From contig NW_026262679.1 in the NCBI RefSeq assembly GCF_021869535.1, positions 27,404,001 to 27,468,000 on the forward strand: a stretch of 64,000 nt of DNA, written 5' to 3'. How positions within the stretch are numbered: the stretch's first letter is position 1; each line of letters opens with the position of its first letter. The notes under the pieces are model-generated. The model worked only from the letters and a program-made list of their open reading frames with translations, was not told the DNA's origin and made no database searches. Positions 26,501 to 38,500 of the stretch are shown piece after piece. A program made the position numbers and the translations under genes. The stretch is from Mytilus californianus. Taxonomy: Eukaryota.

Positions 26501-29500
26501 AGTAAGCATTGGCATTTTTAAGTTGTGTGCTTTGTGCTCTTAAAAGTTTTAGATGACAAACCTCTTTAAAAACAAAAACTTTTTAAAACCTTTAACTCGA
26601 TTTGAAGATATTTTTTTAATGTCCCTTTTTATTTTGATGTTTTCTTATATTTTAAATTGTGGGTCATGAAAAAAGGCCTGCAAGTTTAATTGTAAATATT
26701 TATAATTTGAATTGCACTGTATTCTCTTCACCTTGATGACCAAAACCAATTCATTAAGAAAGCTATTTACAGCCTAGACAAAACAGCTTACACCTTGTAC
26801 TTATAAATAAACTAAATTGAAAACAACAAAACAACTAACATAATCAAACCTGAAATTATCACCGAATACCCATTTCTAAACATAAGTTTGTTTAAAGGCC
26901 ACATTTATGAACTGTTGTAAGGTGTTCCTTTTTTTATTTGAACACGTTTTTTCATTAACTTTTATAGGGTGTCTTTTACATGGTAAAGTTACACTACTGT
27001 CTTATGGTATATATGTAAATTCTTTTAAAACAGGTGTATTCATAAGCACATGTCCCAAGTCAGAAGCATGTTGTTTAGTGGGGTTTTTTTTGGTGCAGTT
27101 CATATTTGCTTTTTGTTTCTGGTTTGAAGTTAAATTAGATTTGATTTTTCCTGTTTGAATTGTTTTATAACAGTGTCTTGGGGCCCCTAGTAGGATGCAG
27201 TTCAATGTGAGCCAAGCCTTTGTGTTGAAGGCTGTATTATAACCTATAATTGCTTACTTTGACTACACTGTGTCTTGATGGAGAGTTGTCTCATTGGTAT
27301 TCCTACCACATTTAAAACAGATATTCCCTCTGACATTTGACAAATGCATTAGAAAAATCTAAATATTGAAATTGAACTGAAGTTGCCTTGTAGGTTTCTT
27401 ATGTTGACCTATCCTTTTTCTCTCGTGCTGGATAGCGCCGATCTGCATTTCTATTGTGACAATTTTTTTTCTTTCAATTGCACCAGTTTTATACGAGAGC
27501 ATGACATATGTAAGGTATCCTAAAGTATTTAACGACTAAAAAAACCCATTTAAAAACGTAATTATAATAGAAAAAAAAAATCATTAACCTCGCAAGATCT
27601 TTCTATGATTGTTTTTTAGTATTTATATTGTCTTTCTATTTTTTCCAAATTAGATTACTAAAAAATCATTTGAATAGGCTATTGTCTTCATTCGTAAAGT
27701 CTACATCTCACTCGACCTGCATGGACTTTCAATGTAGCCATTATGTCAACATATGGTAACAACAGGCGTCGCTCTATATAATCATGGAAGTATTATATTG
27801 ACAGGAACTCCAACGAAAAATTAGTACATTCGCATCCCACTGATTTATTTAGGAAAATAAAAGGTTCCGACTCAGTTTTTCAAGTACGTGATAACTTCTT
27901 TGTGGGGTATCTGCGATGCCGCCTTCGCCTGTATAGTTTACAGAAACTGATCTTATCACGTGATCTGTTATCGAAGGTCTTATCTACCTACCAATGTAAA
28001 TTAACACGGAAACTCCCGTGGCTAATTGCGAATCGCTACATGAATAACGCCACCTGTTTCTGTTCAATAATTAAAGACTACAGCTGAAACAATCTAAAAA
28101 ATCGGTCCATATTTAACAGAATGACAAAAGAAAGTTAATTGTATTCGGAAAGAAGGTAATATTATTTTTATTTTTGTTTGATATGTTTTTATCACTGGAA
28201 CTAGGAAATCGGGAAATATCCGGTTATGAAAATTACATGACTCTGAAGTAGAGTGTTTGCAGAAAATAATGTGATGCGCGTGTAGTGTGCCGGATGGTGC
28301 CGGATAACTCAAATTTTAAGTTAAAGATTGAAAACTTTAATCGAGTGTAACACAAATATTTATGGTTTTCTCTATCGTAAAATATCGTAAAATGTAATTT
28401 AACATATTTATAGAAAATGTTTTAAACACTAAGAGAGGTGGATAATTATACGCACGTGATGGCCTCTTCATATAGCATGTATCAGGTTATAACACCGATT
28501 ACATGTACACCTTTTGAATAAATTCAAAAGTTTAAAACAACCTTCAACCTAGTCCGAGATTGCTCTGACGTCTGACGGACTTGTTTTGGGAAATAATGGC
28601 TTAATCTTAAATATTTCGATGCATTTAAAGAACTATCATAATGCTGGGTCCTAAGCAGTATATTCTTAAAATTTTATCATTAGAATTAACCAGTTTAGAA
28701 TTAAATGTATTTGTAAAGGCTTAACATATCTGAAACATATTGCAGCGTTTGTTTAGAAATTTATAATATTTTGTTTTTGTTGAAATGCATGAAATATTTG
28801 ACATCGGACTTTCAGTAACTAATGCGACAAGATATTTGTCAAAGTTAGCAGTAAACCTCAATTACACATGCAGATTACAACTCATGATGTGTTTCCTTAC
28901 ACAAGAAATTTATTAGAATTCAATATAAAAATTAGAAGATGTGATATGATTGCCAATGAGACTACTCTCCACCAGAGACCAAATGACATAGAAGTTTACA
29001 ACTATGGGTCACCGTACAGCCTTTATCTTTTCTATTGAACAAGTTTCAGATTTACAAAAGCAATAAAACTCTTCAATATCTTCACCGATAATTTTTTCAA
29101 ATTCTTCATCATCAAAATCGTGCACGTCCATACTGATTAGTGAAATATTTGTAAGTGACGATAGTTTATTAACATAGAAAACCTAGTAAAAAACTGTCAA
29201 CTGCCAAATATTGGCATGGTCGTTAAATGTCATATCCTTGACATTTATGTATACATCCGGTTACTTCGGTAAATTCCGTAATTACGAGTATCCCGAAAAC
29301 GTTGTTGAACCCATGCATCGATACGACTAATTGAAAAATGTCAAGTTAATTAACAGATACTTAACGATTTTGCGGCATCGCACTATAAACGTTTGAAATC
29401 GGTTTGTTGGAGTTCCTGTCAATATAATACTTCCATGATATAATTAAGATTCTCTCAGTATCAATTATAAATAATTTTATACTCACTTACTTTCTTGTTA

Positions 29501-32500
29501 TCTAATTAATTAGTACAACAACCGATTTGTTTTTGCAACGCAACTTTAACATCACAGAGAAACACTTACAACCCATACACCGTACCTAGCTGTTATATAA
29601 AGACATCAGAGAAAGTTTAGTTTACACAGTTATGAGAACAGTTGACCAGGAGCTTTTAATTAATTAGATAACACGTTTACATCGGTACATTATCACAATG
29701 GTCACACAAAGCTCTGCTACTTGTGGTCAAAATTATAAAAATATAACATAAATAAAACAAACTTCAAAATTTCCTAAAATCTATTTTACATGCATAAAAC
29801 CTAAGTATATATTATCCTGTCGTCTTTCAAAATCTCCTTGCACTATTTTACATTTTCGTATTTAATATATTAAAACCGAAAATTCATCATCTGATCGTTT
29901 TCAAGAAATAATAATTATTTTTTTTTATTTTGACGAACATTTTGAAGCCTTAATTACTACAGGTTAGATAATCTGTTCCCTGGCCCAGATAACTATAAAT
30001 AGAAATTATTTTTTCTTATCTCTGCCTGCATCTGTCATCACTCGGTGTCTATAAATAGACATTTGATATCTTATCGCTGACCCTTTTAAGTCTGCTGAAA
30101 TTGCATGCATGATTAATTTAAAGGTTGTGGATCATAATTAAAGCGGCACATTTAATTCGTTATTTCATTGCTTGAAGTATTATTTCTTTCATCTGCATGG
30201 TCAAATGTATTTTTTTTTAAATATATTTTAGATTTAGATTTCAGTTTTAGTTTTTTTTTTTCATATTCAATATCTATTTATTCACATTCTAATAACGAAA
30301 AAGGATCCAGATATACCTATAACAATCTGATTTGTTATTTTAATCAAGGAGGTTATATGACCTCCTTGTTTTTTAAAAAGGAAATAATGTTGCAACATTT
30401 AAACTAAGAAAATAACTGTATTTCAATTTGCAATGTACTTTCATAATTAATTTAAACGTTATTTTTAATAAACGATATTTTTTTCGAAAAATCCTCGTTT
30501 TTTTTACATCCATTCAAGGACGTATAATAGAATATATACGTCCTTGGTCTATTCTAGACGTAAAATTTTAATAAAGTGCAAGAAAGACTTCTTTTTAATT
30601 TCAGTATAAAAAAAACGAATTAGCCTGCTTTGTACATCAAGTACATCTTCCCTAGACTCAAAATCTTAAATGAAATGCTATTAATACTTCTTTTATAGAT
30701 TTTAGTTTTAACGATTCTCGTTCCGAATATAAATCGCATTGTTTACATGAAATCTTATCTCATATCTAAACACAGCTGGTTTCAACGTTCGACTCTAATT
30801 AAAATAAGTACGCATATATGTAGGTAAATATTAGCAGCTTGTAATTGCGTGCAAGGAAGTATTCAAATGCTTATTAAAGTAGCTTGCATCATAATACATT
30901 TCGCATCATATGTAACATATCTCTATAGCAACTTTAAGATGCTAATGCTTATTCAACAGGTCAATTAATAAGCTATTGCGCATGTATATGAAAGGTGGTC
31001 ATAGAAAGAACAGATGTATTCCGAATAACATCCGGTGTTCCGAAAGACTACGGACATCGTCCAATATATACTGCGTAAACCCTCAGGGGTTTACGCAATA
31101 ATAGAATTTACATTAATAATATGTCTGTAGAGCTTAAATATATTTATGTTCAGTCAGCAATATTTTAGGCATATTTCGTAAGATATGGAATATATTTGCA
31201 ATTAGTTACAATTAGCATGCAATTTGTTGTAATTTTAAAATGTGCTAATACCCTCCATTAGCATGTTTTTTCCCTTGATAAATGGGCTATCATTTTTGTT
31301 TTTATAAATTGATATATAGAAAACCTAGAATTTTACATGTTTAAAGTGATAATTCAGATTGCTGGAGATAATTGTAAATCAATCTAACCTCGTGAAATAC
31401 GTAAAACCAACTAGCCCTGTGAAATACATATGTACTAAAATACAATTCACAGTCAAAAATTAACTTAAGTGTACTAAAATAATGAAAAACAAGTAGTTAA
31501 ATTATGCTAATATACCTCATTCTTATGTTGTTGTATAAATGAATTCATGAGTATTAAATAATTGAGCGAATAGACTTCCATTTGAACCCAACAGCCTCCC
31601 CCACCCGTGATTGAGGGAATAGGCAAAAAACACAGATATAGGATTTGGGGGGGGGGGTCAAATTGAAATCTTGCCAATAAATAGACACTAATAATGGTAA
31701 ATATTAACGCAATAATTTTAAGAAACAATATACATTAAAATAAGCAGCAAGTGACATTAACTGCTACATACTATATTTCAGACCGTCAGAATTAAAGCTA
31801 GAGTTATCAGATGGCGGTAAAGAAGAATATATGGGTTATCTTCTCCTGCAATGTACATTATCACCCAAAACATCCCCATCAACTCGGAAATCAGTAAGTA
31901 TAGAAATAATGCACCAATTTGATGTGATTTTTTCCCCCATCACACATCATTGACCTAACCCTGTCCTGCTTCTTAACACTGAGTTAACCCATCTGTTACA
32001 TACAAATATAGAAGGATTTGTTTATAATCAGAAAATCTGAATGAATTAGAAATTTCTTTCTGGAAAAAAACTGCCTCTGTGGTCTGATGGTAGTTTGCTC
32101 ACTTGAAGTTCATTTGTTGTTGGATGTTTAAAACATCCATGCATCCATAATGATATGTATTAACTTATAAAGCTGGAGTTAAGATTAAGAATATATGCAG
32201 CTTCTCACTAAACTTTACGTCTTACAATGAATAGCATGATGATTGCCACTAGTGGAGAAGGAACACTAGAACTCCTAGAACATCACAGTTACCTCGGCAG
32301 GGTTTAATTTGATCCATCTTTAGTTAACTGTGAAGTGCTTTCTTGACTGTTTTTACTTTAACTTATGATTTTTGATTGTCTGTTTGGTATTCTCTCTTTC
32401 TTTTAATGACTATCAGTTTTGTAGGAAACATTGGAAAATATCTCTGTGTGATACATGCACTTCCTTGGAACAATTCAGTTGTGGTTGCAAACAGTTCGGT

Positions 32501-35500
32501 TTTGCATCAGAAAAAAACAAGAACTTTACTTTGTCTTTGAGGGACAAATGTAATAAAATAAATCAGGTCAAAGTTTATCTAGTAATTTTGTTTAGAACTG
32601 ATCTCATTGGAGTATTCTGCATATTATCCAATCAAATTAGAATGTTACCTTCATAGTTCCTGTCTCAGTGTTGAAACAAATTCCACCAGTGTTTAATTGG
32701 ACTGTTTTTGGAGTAGTACCCCCTTGTAGTTTGGATTCTTATCAAACAATTGAATTTTATAATTTCACTTGAAAAGTATAAAAATAGCAGAAAGGAAGTT
32801 TTTGACATTTTTTTTTTAATTTTAAGAGGAAGTTATCTAAAATCTTGTCAAGAATGGAAAGCTAAATATGACATAATAACTACTAATCCTTGTTCTGACT
32901 TACCTTTCTGAGTATACATTACAAGTGGAATTAACAGTTATAAGTTCTTTAAGACCTATATTGATCTGTAAATTTAGGATATAATCAGTTATTACTAAGT
33001 ACAGGTGTAAAATAATGAATGTACAATGATTAGGAGGTAGAAAATACAAGAGAAATGTGTTTCGTCAGAATATGCTTACATCTGCTGCTAATAAGAAAAC
33101 TATGATTCTGACCAAAGTGATGTCTTGTTATTAAATATTGATTTGGGTGACAGGTGTCTCTTACCTGTGTGTGTGTCATACACAACAATTTTCAATCTGT
33201 AGATTTCTCCTGAGCTAGACTTGTTTTAATTAGGTAAGCTTTAAGATATTAGATACATCTAAATATGAAAATAACATTTACAATTTTATCATTGTTTTAA
33301 ATTTAGAAAAATAGATCAATAATGTAAGCAAAATAAATATAGATATCAGGGGCCAGCTGAAGCCCGCCTCCGGGTGTGGGATTTTGCCTTGTGCTGTTTT
33401 CTGCTCTTTGATTGGGTTGTTGTCTCTTTGACATATTCCCCGTTTCCGTTCTCTATTCTATATCTTCATAGATATCTGAAAGTCACATCTGTTTTCAGAA
33501 ATATATGGTGGTATAATATGTTACTATTTCTATCATCTTATTTAACAAAACACAATTCCATCATGGACCAATTGATAAATGCATTAGTCCAAGGCTTCAC
33601 TCAATTTTGATCACTTTAACATAGATTTCATTAGTCTCAGTCTGGAATATTTTCTCATGAAACCATGAAGATATATCAAAGAGTTTCAAAATAGCATTTC
33701 CTTTATACAGTACATTTCTTTTATTTGATTATTTGTTCAGCCTCATCTTCATTATATACCAGAGTTATTTTATAGTTAGGTTTTGGATGAAGGTCATTAT
33801 TTCATTAGCACATGACAGTGCATCAGTTATTTAATTGCAAAAGTTTTATAGATCTATTGAAGTCATAGATTTAGAATATTTTGATTATTATGGCCCTTAT
33901 TTTCTGCTTGTGGTTATATTTTACATTAAGGCTCAAACTGTTACAGGTTTTTGCAAACATTAGAGATTTTTTTTAATTTTTCAAGTGTTGTAATAATGAG
34001 TTAAAGATTGCATCTATGATTTTATCTGAATCAATAGCAACTGATCATCATGAATACAATAATTTAAAATTTATACATATACACTATGAAAACATAAACA
34101 TATGAGTATGAGCAGTCTGTTGGGTTTTCTTTATGTAACAACAACCTAACAACTCATTGAAACCAAAAATGACAACTTAAGGGCATCATTCAAAAAATAT
34201 TAAACCATTTCTGCATTTTTAAAATGTATAGTCAGTCAAAAGTAAAAATTTAATCTAAAAAAAGCACTTATTTGGTATTATATTTGAAAAAATCAATATG
34301 GTATCTTACTTTAATTTGTAATTTTATGTATTGAATCTTAATTTAACCCCTGTTATTTTCATAGTTCATTTTTGTTAAAATCGCAAATTTTGCAAATCCT
34401 TGCAAAAATAATTTTGTTTGTGTATCTTTGCAATTTTGAATCTGTTAAAAAGAATATGTAATGTGATGATAAAATAGTTACAAATGTACCATATATCAAA
34501 CAGACAAAATTACAATGAAAATATTTAAGTGTAATAGAAATAAATCAAGATTTTTAGGAAAAGATTGGAAATGTTGATTTGCATGTAAATGATATAGAAT
34601 TTGAGGAAAACAAACCACAAATCTTTATTAATTACTTAAGAAAGACATTATAGATATACATTTATATTAATTGTATACTTTCCAGAAGGCACAACGATGG
34701 GTATGTCCCTCACAAAGTTACTATCTCAAATTTTTTTTTAACTTTATTCTCTTGGACTATTTAAATGTTGTGTTCTTTACTTTCTGAGAAAAACATCAAG
34801 CACTTCATTTTAGAGAAAGGTAATCATAGTTTTTCTTCATATTTGATATATTTGATATTTATTGTAATATCAATGATAAATGTTTATACTTGAGGCATAT
34901 CTAAACTTATGATAAAATTCAGTAGGATATACGAGTAGGACAAACATATTTTTAACAATATCTAATAATCAAAGTATTTATAAAAGTGACATTATTAGGA
35001 GATTTTTTCTTACTGACATTCCACGGATGAGCTACCGTCATTGTCTTAACTCACATTTCTATGCACTCAACTTTTAAATGTACTTTCTGTCTTATTTTTA
35101 TTAAAGTTTGTTTTTAATAATACTTTTTATTTGATCTTAGATTTTGTATGAAATTCTATATAGCTAGACATGTATGTGTTTTTTTTGCCTTAAAAATAAC
35201 TCTATAATGAAAAAGACTGGTATTATTAAGTAAATAATGACTTGCTGTCGATGTGACCTGCATAGGATGCTGTACATAAATGAACATTAAAGCATGAATT
35301 CAGTACACTCTAATCAATACGGTAACACCTTGAAATGTAAATCCTGCAAGATCAACTAGTTAGAATAAAGCATTATGCAAATTATCATAATATGATTATG
35401 CTTGCAGAAAATAGTGAAAATTAAAATTTTTAAGCCCAACATACAAAAGAAGGTCAGTTTATTCAGTTTCAGGTTAAAGTATGAGTTTATGGTAGGTTAG

Positions 35501-38500
35501 ATCTTTGGTTTGGAGTAGTTTGTGTTCATGTCAGCTTGAAACTTTAATAGTACAAATGTTTTATTATAAATGGAACTTTTTAAGTATATGCTAAATTAGA
35601 GTTTTGACTCAGATTTTGCAGCTCACTAAACATGAGAGCATGGCATGGATGTATATTCTTGCTAAACACTCAATTTCTATCTGTTTGAAATGAAAAATAG
35701 TTAAGAACAATACACAGCAATGAAATGTGACAATCAGTATGACCATACATTCATAATCTTTAAAGTTAGCTAATTAATGCATGTAGAAAGATATGAAATT
35801 TTTTCTTGACTTTGTAGCTTAAAATGACACCATATTTTACATCATCACACCATATTATACTATTAGGATTTCTATTCTTAGATTATAGATCTTTTGCTAT
35901 GTTTACTGTACTAGAAGTAAACAACAGTTGGGAAAGATTTTGAAAATTGGTTGTTATTCCTGATTCCTTTAATTTTTCACCTCACTAGAATGTCATGAAA
36001 TTTTACATGAAGTTGGAGAAGAAACAGATAGTAACTTACAGAGCTGTTATTAAAACAACACACAGCTAAACATATATTAAACAAATGTGACTTAATGGAG
36101 ACCTAATAAGAAGTATAACAATTTAAAATAGGAAATACATGTAGAATAACAGTAGATGTCTTCAGAGCTCCAGATAAGAATTCACAAATTGGGGTTTTTA
36201 CCCACCATTTTTTTATGTAATTGGGTGATAAAGTTTTTTAATTGCATTATCAATTCCAATTCACCCCTCAAGCAAATATCAAATTGGGTTTTTTCACCAC
36301 CAAGCTCCTTAATGTATTGGGTTTTTTCATCAACACAATATTGAATATTTAGGCATGTTATAATCACATTATATCAACCACAGATGTGTTTCCATCTTAA
36401 GTGTGTTTCTTTCTTTGTACTAGTATATGTGCTTAGCTGTTTTATTTGGTTTATTCACTGACGAGCAATTGTACGTTTAATTTGTGTTCTGTTTTAAACG
36501 TTCTGTCAGTTTTGTATTTTCTCAAAACTTATGTAAACTGCAGCTGGTGTCACTAGTTGGACAGTAACTAATTGCCTTTCTAGATCCCATATGATCACCC
36601 TACAGTTTATATACCAGTTGGGGTAGGTGTGGCTAAGTGTTTAGATGTTTATGTAATATATGTGAAATTTAGGTGCTGTAAGAAAGTTTTGCCAGTCCTT
36701 TCACCTATTTGCCAGATCTACTTTTTAATAAAAATAAAAAGTAGTTCCCAGATTTAAGATATACCCCCAAAGCCTTGAGATTTATAGGGTGGTTTAATGA
36801 TGGAGACCACATTCAACTTAAATTTACAAATAATTCTGCAACATCAAGTAAATAAATGACAATGTTATACTGCACTTGCCAATAAGACAACTATCTTAAG
36901 CATCCAGAACAATTAGACCAAAACAAAGAAAGTGTCAAGCTGCATAATTTGACGTAAAAAACGGATATGTGTATTCATTCATCAACTAAAATGAAAAAAA
37001 AATAATATATAAACTGTTTTTGTTTAATTCAATTTGCATAAATCTGGGTTAAGTTGTCCCTTATCAGAACTTTTGGTTTCCGATGCTTTCCAACTACATA
37101 TCATGTCATAATTGATTTGGCCTTTCACTTTTTCCAACTGATTTCGTTTTTGACGAAACCCCGTGTTTATCGTTCTATAGCAATGTTCTCGTTAAGGTAC
37201 GCAAACACGCCCGTGCGTTCAATGGACGCTTCCTAAAATCACTAGCTGAGTCTTGTTATCATCATAACTTTCCCTCAGCTATCAAAAAGAAGCCGAAAAC
37301 ATGCTTCTATTCAATATTTTTATCGGACATTTACTTTCGTTTTAATCCATTGTATGTTATGATAAATCCCGAACAATTCGAAAAAATATGACAGCATGTC
37401 ACACGCTAATTGGATAAACGCTGAGAAGATCGAAATGTTTTCATAAACACGTGTACTTTTTGAGCAACGGAAAATTCCAACAGGGACCCATTACAGCTAC
37501 TTGATGCAAGGCTCTATTTTAAGAACGAAAGGACATTTCCAATTATAAATATTATAAAAATAGATTTACGCGACGACTGTAATCAGATAAGGGTAAATAA
37601 CGCAAACGATAGCGAATAAAAGCGTTAAGAACTCATGGTTTTGGCATATAATTGGGTTTTCCTATGAATTAATTGGGTTATTGAACCCTGCAGTAAGCAA
37701 TTGCATTGGGTTTTTAATTATTTGTATTGCGTGATCACGCAAATACGCAGCTTATCTGGAGCTCTGTGTCTTCATGTGACAAAAGTCTTATAAAACATGA
37801 AGTAAGCAGCATGACATTCTTATGTAATTTAATGTACCTTCATTATGATTCCCAGTTTAGTGTAGCCCTTTGAATTGTATATACAGAAAGCTTAAGTTGT
37901 ATATATAGATGGCATAATTAATGAAAATTGTTTGTTGAGATAAACTTTGTAATTATTTTCAGTATTCACAGACTAGTCGAGCAAAGAGCACAAGGATGGG
38001 AGACGCAGCAAAAAAGATGAAAAACCAGATATGGACGGGAGTTGTTACAATAGTTCTAGTGGAGGGTAGTAACCTTATTGCTATGGATGACAATGGCTTT
38101 AGTGATCCTTATGTCAAATTCAAATTAGGAACAGAAAAATATAAAAGCAAGGTAAGTATTATTTTGAAATTAGTGTTATGAAAAAATCACTATTTATTTT
38201 GCTCTATTTGAAACCATAGATGAAATAACTTGAACATATGCAGCATATCTGATTGTAACCATGGATTAGAAGAGAAAATAAGATATATAGTCCAGTTATC
38301 ATAGTTACTTTGAATTTTGATTGGTCAAGACTGGCCATATAACACAGAACAAAACGTTGACCCATCTATAATCCCTTGTGCTATACTTGTCTTTCAATTT
38401 CTTATGACTACTGAATTCTTCAGATTCTTGAAGTCCAATTCATCATATTTATATCATATAATATACAAAATATATGAAACACCTACCTAAAAACTTCTAT

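Noticed and set aside
29174-31328. 13-bp direct repeat ATAGAAAACCTAG as a TSD of a 2.1-kb insertion
   Set aside because: A 12-bp version also occurs near 7822, the motif is A-rich, and no element ends can be defined.
34814-34819. Second possible 6-nt microexon TTTAG|AGAAAG|GTAATC
   Set aside because: The pyrimidine tract and donor are weak, and such matches are expected by chance.
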